64,000 nucleotides of DNA from Clostridia bacterium (GTDB lineage: Bacteria; Bacillota; Clostridia; Christensenellales; CAG-917), in the NCBI GenBank assembly GCA_028710495.1, contig JAQUST010000007.1:2393-66392 (forward strand), read 5' to 3'. A program made the position numbers and the translations under genes. The notes under the pieces were generated by a model that had not been told where the DNA came from, did no database searches, and worked only from the letters and a program-made list of their open reading frames with translations. This document shows, one piece after another, positions 19,485 through 28,842 of the stretch; the stretch's first letter is position 1; the number at the start of each line of letters is the position of its first letter.

Positions 19485-19515
19485 TATTTTAGGAAGAAAT
19501 AAATTTTTATTGTAG

Positions 19516-19761
19516 CTAGACCACAGTTTCCGGTCGGAGAAACATAACATTTTTAGTCTGAACCTCGTTGTATGAAAAGGTTTTGACTTTGTCTATGTCA
19601 TCAATGCGGAAAGTAAATACCGAAGGATAGACTTCTTCGATAATTCCGTGGTAGCAATTAATACGATTGCGACCCTCATTGACCCTTAGCAGCACAGGTG
19701 TGCCTCGCAACATTTCTACCCGTTTTTTTGCAATATCCAAATTTTGTCCCGCTTCTCTCAT
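19516..19761 (-). CDS. veg: Veg family protein (DUF1021)
   Basis: LDIAKKRVEMLRGTPVLLRVNEGRNR...YPSVFTFRI...FSYNEV aligns with B. subtilis Veg as I recall it. The internal ATG 19761 is preferred (the track start is 19797). Neither start has an SD. Confidence 0.75.
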   Translation of the reverse strand: MREAGQNLDIAKKRVEMLRGTPVLLRVNEGRNRINCYHGIIEEVYPSVFTFRIDDIDKVKTFSYNEVQTKNVMFLRPETVV

Positions 19762-19886
19762 ATAACGATTATAGCCAAAAATTAACAATTTATTCATAGA
19801 TAGAATTCAAAATTGTGTTTTTGCTCAGCATATCTGCCTATATTGCCCCATATAATTTTATAGAAAAACCCAAAGGGGGAAGAGTT

Positions 19887-21389
19887 ATGAATTTTCAATA
19901 TGAAAAGATTGCTGCAAATTGTTTGAAAAAGGTGGCGACAGTTGACAGGGTTGTTGAATTTGTCGCATCAGGCGTGGAAAGCGGGAATGTGGCACGCGTA
20001 TTGGGGCTGATTGCCGATGCCAGAACTGTATCGGTTGAAGCACTTGCTGATGAAGCGACATATCTTGGCAGAGTAAACTTCAAGATGCTCTATCTTGACA
20101 CTGACGGCGAACCGCGCAGTCTTGACTATTTTGCCGACTTCAACGAAAAAATAAAGGCAGAAATTTCAGCGGGTTGCACGCTCAACGGACAAATCGGTGT
20201 GCTTGAAACCGATATCACAACCGATGGGGAATTGAAGCTTTCTGCAGTTGTAGAAATTACTATGTATGCGATGGATAAACTTGAAGATGAGTGCTTGGTA
20301 TCAACTCCGGAAGACTGTTATGATGAAACGGCAATGATAGAAGTCCCGATGCTTGTCGGCGTAAAAAGCGCAGACATCGAGGTATCGGACGAAAAGGCTG
20401 TGGGCGGAGATATTTCACGCGTGCTGTTAGCAGATACGGTGGTTGCGGTCAATGAACTTCGAGCAGGAGACGGTTTGGTGTTTGTTGGTGGCGATTTTGA
20501 AGCGACTGTCACGTACTATGAAGACGACGAAATCAAAACAGCAAATTTCCATATTCCATTTACGGAGGAAGTATTGTTTGACGGTGTGTCGATAGGTGAT
20601 AGTATTGTTGCTTATCCTTCAATCAAGACTACACGTGTCGTTCTGACGGGTGTTGAAGGCGACAACGTTCTCAGGATTGAAAGCCTTGTTTCAGTCAAGC
20701 TGTTCGCGTTCTCAAGGCGTATGCACAACGTTATTGGCGATGTGTTTATGCTTTCTAATGAGTTGGAAGTCGAAAAAGTTGAGCAGAATTTCTGCGCGCT
20801 CGAAAAGTGCATTTTCGTTTCGGACAAATATGTTTCATCTGCTATGCTTGCAGACAGTCGTCCGGCGGTGCGTGACATTATTGGAGTGATATCTTCACAA
20901 AATAGTATTGCCGGCACAAAAATTGAAGACGATAAGCTTATTATTGAGGGTGTCGTCGGGGCAAATTTGCTTTACACAGATGAAAATGGCTTCAACTCAG
21001 TCAAGGCCGAGCTTCCGTATTCACTCAATTTCAAAACTGATGTCCCGCAGAATGCAGAACTCAGGGTAAGTGGCATTGTTGAAGACATTTCAGCAAGAGT
21101 CAAGCGTGACCGCGAAATCGAAGTTACCACGAAACTTGAATTTTGCATAGAGGTCTGGGTCGGAAATTCCTGTGTTATGCTCAAAAAAGTAGTGATAGGT
21201 GAAGAAAAAGAATTGAATCAAAGCGCAATCTCTGTGTTTATTGCATCAAGCGGTGACAGCATTTGGGATGTAGCAAAAGCACTTTCTGCAACTCCAAAAA
21301 GTATAATAACTCAAAACCCGAATGTTGAAGGCGGACTCAAAGACGGTGACAAAGTTATGTATTTCCGTCAGTTGAATATATCGTTCTAA
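19887..21389 (+). CDS. SPOCS/DUF3794 repeat protein with a C-terminal LysM-like domain
   Basis: Start at MNFQYEK after an AAAGGGGGAAG SD. Repeated beta-rich segments in the DUF3794 style. The C-terminus (GDSIWDVAKALSATPKSIITQNPNV...GDKVMYF) is LysM-like. Confidence 0.6.
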   Translation: MNFQYEKIAANCLKKVATVDRVVEFVASGVESGNVARVLGLIADARTVSVEALADEATYLGRVNFKMLYLDTDGEPRSLDYFADFNEKIKAEISAGCTLNGQIGVLETDITTDGELKLSAVVEITMYAMDKLEDECLVSTPEDCYDETAMIEVPMLVGVKSADIEVSDEKAVGGDISRVLLADTVVAVNELRAGDGLVFVGGDFEATVTYYEDDEIKTANFHIPFTEEVLFDGVSIGDSIVAYPSIKTTRVVLTGVEGDNVLRIESLVSVKLFAFSRRMHNVIGDVFMLSNELEVEKVEQNFCALEKCIFVSDKYVSSAMLADSRPAVRDIIGVISSQNSIAGTKIEDDKLIIEGVVGANLLYTDENGFNSVKAELPYSLNFKTDVPQNAELRVSGIVEDISARVKRDREIEVTTKLEFCIEVWVGNSCVMLKKVVIGEEKELNQSAISVFIASSGDSIWDVAKALSATPKSIITQNPNVEGGLKDGDKVMYFRQLNISF

Positions 21390-21483
21390 TGTTAGGAAAA
21401 TAAAAGTTATATCAAAAGTAAATAGCGTATTGACATTATTTGATGAAGATAAGTCGCAGTAAGTTGCTGTATTGTTAAAAAAT

Positions 21484-21531
21484 AAGGATTCATTTGTTGC
21501 AAACAATTATGTTTTCAACAAATGAATCCTT
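21484..21531. terminator. Perfect 16-bp inverted repeat (terminator-like hairpin)
   Basis: AAGGATTCATTTGTTG, 16-nt loop, CAACAAATGAATCCTT. The T-run lies on the minus-strand side only. Confidence 0.45.
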
Positions 21532-21630
21532 TGAATTGCCGATAAACACTGATTTGCAAAAAAATAGACGTCCTTCATTCAGTTTTTTGGTTCATATGTT
21601 TGCTTAAAACATCAAAATAGGCTAAAATAA

Positions 21631-21683
21631 CCTTGTATTAAAGTTGCAAGGAAGCATAGTTGACCTTGCGACGAAGCGAGGTC
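21631..21683 (+). promoter_or_regulatory. ispE leader with mutually exclusive helices, one of which sequesters the SD
   Basis: Helix C:D (21662-21669 with 21676-21683, 8 bp) buries the GAGGT SD. Helix B:C (21643-21651 with 21664-21672, 9 bp) competes with it. Helix A:B (21631-21635 with 21647-21651, 5 bp) competes with B:C. Confidence 0.4.
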
Positions 21684-21687
21684 TTTT

Positions 21688-22548
21688 ATGTATAAAGCTA
21701 GAGCTTATGCTAAGGCGAACTTGAGTTTGAATATTGCGGGCAGGCGTGGTGATTTTCATACGCTTGATATGCTTACTACTTCCATTGATTTGTATGATGA
21801 ACTTACCTTGAATTTCAGAGAAGACCACAAAGTGACTTTCTCAATCGAGGCAAACGGGTTGAAATCATTTTCACCAAAATTATTTACAGAAAGCGTAAAG
21901 AGAGTGTTGCCCAAAGTGAATGAGGCTTATCATTTTACGGGAGTAGATGTCAAACTTATAAAAAATATTCCTTCAGGCGGCGGTTTCGGAGGTTCATCAG
22001 CTTGTGGAGCGGCGGCTGCAAAAATAATAGCCAAGGCGAATGGAGCTGAGCCATCAAAAGATTTTTTACTTTCATTGGGAAGCGATATCCCGTTTGTATA
22101 TTCAGGTGGTGTGCAAAGAGTTCAAGGCATTGGCGAAATTCTGACACCTGTCAGTATTCCTGAATTATTGTTGTTGATTGTCAAACCAAAGCAAGGAGTG
22201 TTTTCAAGAGAGTGCTTCAAAACTTATGACAAAATAGGGACAAAAGGTGAAGCGGATATTGACAATCTTATCAAAGCATTGCAAAGCGGAGATTTGAAAA
22301 GTGCAAATGATTATGCTTACAATCAACTTTCCGAAAGCGCAGAAAAAATCCAGCCTAACATTTTCAAAATAAAAAAACAACTTAGGGCTTTAGGCGCGGA
22401 TTTTGTTGTTATGACAGGCAGTGGAAGCGGCGTATGCGCAATTTTAAGCAGTAGAGAGCAAGGCGAAGAGATGAGAAGCAAACTGGCAAAGAAGTGGTGG
22501 TGTAAAATAGTTAAAACGCTACCGTACGGAGTTGAAATCATAGAATAG
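21688..22548 (+). CDS. ispE: 4-diphosphocytidyl-2-C-methyl-D-erythritol kinase
   Basis: AYAKANLSLNI N-terminus and the GHMP kinase motif PSGGGFGGSSACGAAAA. Confidence 0.9.
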   Translation: MYKARAYAKANLSLNIAGRRGDFHTLDMLTTSIDLYDELTLNFREDHKVTFSIEANGLKSFSPKLFTESVKRVLPKVNEAYHFTGVDVKLIKNIPSGGGFGGSSACGAAAAKIIAKANGAEPSKDFLLSLGSDIPFVYSGGVQRVQGIGEILTPVSIPELLLLIVKPKQGVFSRECFKTYDKIGTKGEADIDNLIKALQSGDLKSANDYAYNQLSESAEKIQPNIFKIKKQLRALGADFVVMTGSGSGVCAILSSREQGEEMRSKLAKKWWCKIVKTLPYGVEIIE

Positions 22549-22968
22549 TCGAAATCAGAAAGTATAGTTTATTCAAAATGGTTTTTCAAACGAAAACAAA
22601 AAAGAAAAACCATATCAAAATCATAGTAAAGTCAAAATCGAAATTTTCAGATAAATCGAAGTCAAAATAATATCAAATCAAAAGCAAAATTTTTAGCAAA
22701 TTTAGTTTATCATCAGCAAGTTTTATAAATTCATTTTGATCTAGTTGTTATTTAAGAACTTAGTTATTCAGTTAATTTTTTCAATATTATTCAAAATCTA
22801 TAATTATTATTTCAAAGTAGTTTAATTTTTGTTCAAATCAAACAAAAAAATAATAGAATATCAACAGATTAAATTTGTCAAAAATCATATATTTTCAATG
22901 GAAATAATTCTAAATTCGACAAATTTGCACGAAATTAATTTTTTTTTTGCAATTATTGATTTTTACTA

Positions 22969-22997
22969 TTGTATTTATTTCACATTTTTGTTATAAT
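22969..22997 (+). promoter_or_regulatory. Candidate promoter of the glg operon (extended -10)
   Basis: TTGTAT, 17 nt spacer, with TGtTATAAT at 22989-22997, about 45 nt upstream of glgB. Confidence 0.5.
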
Positions 22998-23043
22998 TTC
23001 TTAAAGTACTTTTTAGCATTTTAATTGCAAATCTGGAGATAAT

Positions 23044-24942
23044 ATGGCACTAATTACTAAGGACAGTTATCCAATTTACTTATTCCACGAAGGAACAAAT
23101 TTCGAATCCTACAAACTTATGTCGCCTACACCCGTAGTGGAAGATGATGTTGAAGGCTGGTTTTTTCGTGTTTGGGCACCTTTTGCATTGAATGTTTCGA
23201 TTGTTGGAGATTTCAATAAGTGGGATGTTACCAAAAATCCTATGGAAAGTTCAAGCGATGGTATTTGGTCTTTATTTATTGCCGGACTAAAAGAATTTGA
23301 CAACTACAAATATGCAGTGACTGGAAAGAATAATAAAACTATTCTAAAGTGTGATCCATACGGTCTTCACTTTGAAACTCCGCCTGCAAACTCATCAAAG
23401 CTTTACGATATTACTGGCTACAACTGGAAAGACAAAAAATGGATGACTGACCGAATGGATTATGACCCGTACGGCAGCCCGATGAATATCTACGAATTGC
23501 ATATCGGTTCGTGGAAACGCTATTCCGATGGCAATTTTTACAATTATTCGGCACTTGCCGATGAACTTATTCCCTATGTAAAGAAGATGGGTTACACTCA
23601 CATTGAAGTTATGCCATTGACAGAATATCCTTTTGATGGCTCGTGGGGATATCAGGTCACGGGTATGTTTGCTCCTACATCAAGATATGGCACGCCAAAA
23701 GATTTGATGCTTTTGATTGACAAATGTCACCGTGCAGGCATTGGTGTAATTTTGGATTGGGTTCTAGCTCATTTCCCACGCGATGAACACGGTCTGGGAA
23801 GTTTCGACGGGACTGCGCTTTATGAATATGCAGACCCTCGCAAGGGCGAACACAAAGAATGGGGAACAAAGGTTTATGATTTCGGCAAGAACGAAGTGAA
23901 GTGCTTCTTGATTTCTGCAGCAATGTTCTGGTTTGAAATATATCATATTGATGGAATTCGTTGCGATGCAGTTGCCTCTATGCTTTATTTGGACTACAAT
24001 AGAAAAGACGGGGAATGGGCGCCAAATGCGTTTGGTGGAAACTATAACCTCGAGGCAAAAGACTTCTTGAAAGCAATGAACACGGCTATTTTGTCAAAAC
24101 ACCGTGGAGTTCTTTCAATCGCTGAGGAATCGACATCGTTCCCGATGGTGACCAAACCTGCGTATGACGGCGGACTGGGTTTCAATTTCAAATGGAATAT
24201 GGGCTGGATGAACGATAGTTTGCGCTATTTGGCGCTAGACCCGTTTTTCAGGAAGGATAACCACAACGATTTAACTTTTTCAATCTCGTATGCTTATGCT
24301 GAAAACTATATATTGCCTCTTTCACATGACGAGGTCGTGCACGGCAAGCATTCAATGATAGACAGAGTTGTCGGCTCGTATGATGAAAAATTTGAAGGGC
24401 TGAAAACTTTCTATGGTTATATGATGGGACACCCCGGAAAGAAACTCAATTTTATGGGCAACGAATTCGGACAGTTTATTGAGTGGAACTACACAAAAGA
24501 GCTTGACTGGCTGTTGCTTGAATATCCAAAGCACAAGGCTTTGCAAAAATATGTCAAGGATTTGAATGAGTTTTATCTAGCAAACAAATCGCTTTGGCAA
24601 CTTGATTGCTCGTGGGACGGCTTCAAATGGATTGTTGTGGATGACAACCGTCAAAATGTTCTTTCATTCATCAGAAAGGCGGCGGATGGAGAATACGTCA
24701 TTTGCGTAATGAACTTTTCCCCAGTTGCCAGAAACAAGTACGTTATGGGAGTTCCCGACCTGTGCGAATATAAAACAGAAATAATATCGAGTTTGAAAAA
24801 ATATGGCGGAGACGAACCTAGAAGACCAAGTTTTCGCGCAGTTGCAAAACCTGCACACGGTTATCAAAACAGTATAAAAATCAATATACCAAAAAATACA
24901 GTGATGTTTATCAAACCTGATTTTAAGGAGGAAGTTTTATGA
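23044..24942 (+). CDS. glgB: 1,4-alpha-glucan branching enzyme
   Basis: 632 aa. GH13 motifs include [20 protein letters not shown] and AEEST. GGAGA SD upstream. Confidence 0.95.
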   Translation: MALITKDSYPIYLFHEGTNFESYKLMSPTPVVEDDVEGWFFRVWAPFALNVSIVGDFNKWDVTKNPMESSSDGIWSLFIAGLKEFDNYKYAVTGKNNKTILKCDPYGLHFETPPANSSKLYDITGYNWKDKKWMTDRMDYDPYGSPMNIYELHIGSWKRYSDGNFYNYSALADELIPYVKKMGYTHIEVMPLTEYPFDGSWGYQVTGMFAPTSRYGTPKDLMLLIDKCHRAGIGVILDWVLAHFPRDEHGLGSFDGTALYEYADPRKGEHKEWGTKVYDFGKNEVKCFLISAAMFWFEIYHIDGIRCDAVASMLYLDYNRKDGEWAPNAFGGNYNLEAKDFLKAMNTAILSKHRGVLSIAEESTSFPMVTKPAYDGGLGFNFKWNMGWMNDSLRYLALDPFFRKDNHNDLTFSISYAYAENYILPLSHDEVVHGKHSMIDRVVGSYDEKFEGLKTFYGYMMGHPGKKLNFMGNEFGQFIEWNYTKELDWLLLEYPKHKALQKYVKDLNEFYLANKSLWQLDCSWDGFKWIVVDDNRQNVLSFIRKAADGEYVICVMNFSPVARNKYVMGVPDLCEYKTEIISSLKKYGGDEPRRPSFRAVAKPAHGYQNSIKINIPKNTVMFIKPDFKEEVL

Positions 24943-26135
24943 ACTTAAACAAAAAAGAGTGTCTTGCTATGTTGCTCGCTGGCGGACAGGGCGCAAGACT
25001 TGGAGTTCTTACAAATGATGTCGCAAAACCGGCTGTTCCTTTTGGAGCGAAATATCGCATTATCGACTTTCCACTTTCAAATTGTATAAATTCAGGTATT
25101 GATACAATCGGCGTTTTGACTCAATATCGTCCGTTTGAGTTGCATCAATACATAGGAAACGGTCAACCGTGGGATTTGGATAGACTAAACGGTGGTATCT
25201 TTGTTTTGCCGCCGTTTATGCGTGCGAAGTCAGGCGAATGGTACAAAGGCACAGCAAACGCTATCTATCAAAACATTGATTTTATTGACCGCTACAATCC
25301 TGAAAATGTGGTTTTGCTTTCGGGCGACCATATATATAAAATGGATTATGCCGAAATGTTGGCTGAACACAAGAAAAATCACGCGGACTGCACAATCGCG
25401 GTTTTGGATGTGACTATTGAAGAAGCCTCGCGTTTTGGAATTATGGAACTCAACAAAAATGGTGAAGTCATTGCATTTGAAGAAAAGCCAAAGCAGCCGA
25501 AAAGCACAAAGGCCTCTATGGGCATTTACATTTTCACTTGGGAGAAGCTACGCAAATATCTAATTGAAGATGAAAACGATAAGGATTCAGAAAATGATTT
25601 CGGAAAAAATATAATTCCTAATATGTTGAATGACAACCAGAGAATGTTCGGATATCAATTTGAAGGTTATTGGAAGGATGTAGGAACAATCTCAAGTTTG
25701 TGGGAAGCGAATATGGATATTTTGCACGGCACATCGGGGCTCAATCTCGGTGACGACAAGTGGAAGATATACTGCAGAAACACCGCTGAGCCACCACATT
25801 ATGTTGCGAATTCCGCAGTTGTTTCAAATTCGATAATTACTGAAGGCAGTATCATTTACGGTACGGTCAAAGAATCGGTTATTTTCAGCAGTGTGACAAT
25901 AGGAAAAGGCGCTTATGTTGAAGGCGCAATCATAATGCCGGGAGCTGTCATAATGGACGGAGCTGATGTCCGTTACTCAATAGTTGGTTGGAATGCGGTT
26001 ATTGGCAAGAACGCCAAAATCGGAGAAACTCAACCTCCGTCAAAGGCGGGCGAGTGGAAAATTAGCGTTGTTGGTCCTGACTACAAAGTTGCAGACGGTC
26101 AGGTAGTCCCCGCAAATGTTATGATAGGAGGTTAA
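24939..26135 (+). CDS. glgC: Glucose-1-phosphate adenylyltransferase
   Basis: [13 protein letters not shown]...[18 protein letters not shown] overlap with glgB. Confidence 0.95.
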   Translation: MNLNKKECLAMLLAGGQGARLGVLTNDVAKPAVPFGAKYRIIDFPLSNCINSGIDTIGVLTQYRPFELHQYIGNGQPWDLDRLNGGIFVLPPFMRAKSGEWYKGTANAIYQNIDFIDRYNPENVVLLSGDHIYKMDYAEMLAEHKKNHADCTIAVLDVTIEEASRFGIMELNKNGEVIAFEEKPKQPKSTKASMGIYIFTWEKLRKYLIEDENDKDSENDFGKNIIPNMLNDNQRMFGYQFEGYWKDVGTISSLWEANMDILHGTSGLNLGDDKWKIYCRNTAEPPHYVANSAVVSNSIITEGSIIYGTVKESVIFSSVTIGKGAYVEGAIIMPGAVIMDGADVRYSIVGWNAVIGKNAKIGETQPPSKAGEWKISVVGPDYKVADGQVVPANVMIGG

Positions 26136-26136
26136 T

Positions 26137-27252
26137 ATGAACAGCAATACAATGAGCGTAATTTTCGCTTCAGATAATGAAAGCCATCTCAATGACTTAA
26201 CTTTGCATCGCACCACAGCTTCTCTTCCGTTTGGCGGGAGATACCGTCTTATAGATTTCGTTTTGTCAAATCTTGTTTATGCAAATATAACAACAATAGG
26301 AATCATCACAAGAAACAACTACAGCTCACTTATGGATCACATCCGTATGGGTCGTGACTGGAACTTGAACAGAAAGAACAGTGGTATTGCAATCTTTCCT
26401 CCATTCGTGTTGAACACAGCACACGATATTTACAAGGGAAAGATTGAAGCTCTGTATAGTCTCCGCAACTTCTTAGAAGGCGCGAAGGAAGAATATGTGG
26501 TTGTCACAAATTCAAATATCGCTTTCAATATTGATTTTGACGAAGTGGAAAAATTCCACCACGACAAAGGTGCAGACCTTACGGTTCTCACTCATCGCAC
26601 AACAGATATCAATCCTAGAAAATATGTTGTGTCTGCTGACAAAAACAATCGTATTACTGATGTACGTTTCCCGATAGCCTCAGACAGTGACGAGCAACTT
26701 TCAAACCTTAATATATATTACATAAAGAAAGATTTGCTTATTTCACTTATCGACAATGCTTATGCGCACGGCTCTTATGATTTTGAAAAAGATATCCTGC
26801 AAAAGAATTTGGATAATCTTTACATAATGTCATATGAAGTCACGGGATATGTCGCAGTTATTGACAGAATTCCATCATATTTCAAACACAGTATGGAACT
26901 TCTCAATATGGATGTGAGAAATGAACTGTTCTACAAAAATGCAACAATCCTCACAAAAGTTAAGGACAGTGTGCCGACGAGATATCTTGATGGTGCAAAT
27001 GTTCACAACTCTATGATAGCCGATGGCTGTGTAATTGACGGTACTGTTGAAAACTCAATTTTGTTCAGAAGTGTAAAAGTTCAGAAAGGAGCGGTTATTA
27101 AGAACTCGATAATTATGGAAAACGGTATCATCATGGAAAATGCGAAGCTAAACTATGTCATTTCCGATAAGGATGTTATTGTGCAACCAACTAGAGAGCT
27201 TTCTGGATTTGAAAGCTATCCGATAGTTATTGTGAAAGGAAAAATAGTTTAA
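26137..27252 (+). CDS. glgD: Glucose-1-phosphate adenylyltransferase regulatory subunit GlgD
   Basis: GlgC paralogue that lacks the GGxGxRL loop (ASLPFGGRYRLIDF). Sits immediately after glgC, as in Firmicutes glgCD. Confidence 0.9.
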   Translation: MNSNTMSVIFASDNESHLNDLTLHRTTASLPFGGRYRLIDFVLSNLVYANITTIGIITRNNYSSLMDHIRMGRDWNLNRKNSGIAIFPPFVLNTAHDIYKGKIEALYSLRNFLEGAKEEYVVVTNSNIAFNIDFDEVEKFHHDKGADLTVLTHRTTDINPRKYVVSADKNNRITDVRFPIASDSDEQLSNLNIYYIKKDLLISLIDNAYAHGSYDFEKDILQKNLDNLYIMSYEVTGYVAVIDRIPSYFKHSMELLNMDVRNELFYKNATILTKVKDSVPTRYLDGANVHNSMIADGCVIDGTVENSILFRSVKVQKGAVIKNSIIMENGIIMENAKLNYVISDKDVIVQPTRELSGFESYPIVIVKGKIV

Positions 27253-27291
27253 TTCCGACTTGTATTTGTGTTATCAAATGAATTCAAAAGG

Positions 27292-27311
27292 GGGCACACT
27301 TTGGTGTGCCC
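27292..27311 (+). other. GC-rich stem-loop without a U-tract in the glgD-glgA spacer
   Basis: GGGCACAC-tttg-GTGTGCCC, an 8-bp stem with a tetraloop. Confidence 0.6.
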
Positions 27312-27387
27312 ATTGGTATGAAAAAGTGGGGCGCTAATTGCGTTAGCCAAAGCGGAAAGGAAAAGATATTTCGCTTAGGAGGGGTAT

Positions 27388-28809
27388 ATGAAAATTTTGT
27401 ATGTAGCTTCAGAAGCAGGACCATTTATCAGATCAGGTGGCTTGGGAGATGTTGCAGCGGCACTTCCGAAGTCAATAAAGGCTTTAGGACACGATGTCCG
27501 TATTGTCATTCCTTTTTACAAGCAAGATATTCCATTGTCGTTTCAGCAGACTATGGCATTTGTGGGCTCAACATTTGTTGAACTCAGCTGGAGAAGACAG
27601 TATTGCGGAGTCTATGAAGCGAGCTATGACGGTGTAACTTATTACTTTATCGATAACGAATATTACTTCAATAGAAAAGGCTTATACGGTCATTTTGATG
27701 ATGGTGAGCGTTACGCATTTTTCTCGCGTGCCATTTTGGAGATTCTTCCTGTGATTGATTTCTTCCCTGATATCATTCATTCAAATGACTGGCAAACTGC
27801 ACTTGTTCCAGCGTTTTTGGATGTGTTTTACCGTTTCACTGAAGAATATCAGGCAATCAAGACAATTTTCACAATACATAATATAGAGTTTCAAGGAAAG
27901 TATGATAAATGCATAATAGGAGATATTCTAGGTATGCCGAGTTGGGCTCATTCTATTGTCGAAAACGATAATTGTGCTAACTTTATGAAAGCGGGAATTG
28001 AATCGGCGAACGCAGTGACAACAGTTAGTGAGACATATGCCGAGGAAATTCTGCATCCTTTCTATTCATACGGACTTGACGGAATATTGGAAAACAGAAA
28101 ATTCAAGTTGTTTGGCGTAATAAACGGGATTGATACAAATCTTTACAGTCCAAAAACAGATAAAGCTTTGTTCGCAAATTATACTTCGCGCTCAATAATC
28201 AAAAAGTTGGATAACAAAAAAGGTTTGTGCGAAATGGTAAATCTGCCATACAAAGCGGAACGCCCTGTAATTGCAATGGTCACAAGATTGACAGAGCAAA
28301 AGGGTATGGACTTGGTTATGGCTGTTATCGAGCAGATTTTATCTGCGGATTTGCAGATTGTCATTTTGGGCAAAGGCGACTGGAAATACGAGCAGGCACT
28401 CAAAGACTTGGAAGAAAGATATACGAACAAATTTCGTGCGATTATCAATTTTTCAGCAGACATCGCCTCAAAACTTTATGCGGGTGCAGATATGTTCTTG
28501 ATGCCTTCAAAGTTTGAACCATGCGGACTTTCACAAATGTTGTCAATGTCTTACGGTACAGTGCCTATAGTTAGAGAAACAGGCGGACTGAAGGACAGTG
28601 TAATTCCTTTCAATCCTGAAACAGGAGTTGGTACGGGATTTACATTTGTTACCTACAATTCATATGATATGCTCGATGCTGTATGGCGTGCATATGCACT
28701 TTACAAAGACAAAACAAAGTGGGATAAGCTTGTTAAAAACACTATGAATGCTGATTTTAGTTGGGCTAAGTCCGCACAAAAATATATCGATATTTACGAA
28801 AAAATTTAA
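27388..28809 (+). CDS. glgA: Glycogen synthase (GT5)
   Basis: MKILYVASEAGPFIRSGGLGDV N-terminus. GGAGGGG SD upstream. Confidence 0.95.
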   Translation: MKILYVASEAGPFIRSGGLGDVAAALPKSIKALGHDVRIVIPFYKQDIPLSFQQTMAFVGSTFVELSWRRQYCGVYEASYDGVTYYFIDNEYYFNRKGLYGHFDDGERYAFFSRAILEILPVIDFFPDIIHSNDWQTALVPAFLDVFYRFTEEYQAIKTIFTIHNIEFQGKYDKCIIGDILGMPSWAHSIVENDNCANFMKAGIESANAVTTVSETYAEEILHPFYSYGLDGILENRKFKLFGVINGIDTNLYSPKTDKALFANYTSRSIIKKLDNKKGLCEMVNLPYKAERPVIAMVTRLTEQKGMDLVMAVIEQILSADLQIVILGKGDWKYEQALKDLEERYTNKFRAIINFSADIASKLYAGADMFLMPSKFEPCGLSQMLSMSYGTVPIVRETGGLKDSVIPFNPETGVGTGFTFVTYNSYDMLDAVWRAYALYKDKTKWDKLVKNTMNADFSWAKSAQKYIDIYEKI

Positions 28810-28842
28810 TACTACTGAATAACAAAACATAAAGGACAGAAT

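Noticed and set aside
22549-23043. 495-bp AT-rich gap upstream of glgB, examined for hidden genes, RNAs or mobile-element ends
   Set aside because: It contains only low-complexity A/T runs and short chance repeats (GTCAAAAT, AAATCGAA). There is no ORF with an SD and no terminal inverted repeats. I retained only a plausible extended -10 promoter at its 3-prime end.
27306-27581. 91-aa ORF spanning the glgD-glgA spacer and the start of glgA
   Set aside because: It overlaps the well-supported glgA start out of frame and has no SD. The spacer is better explained by RNA structure.
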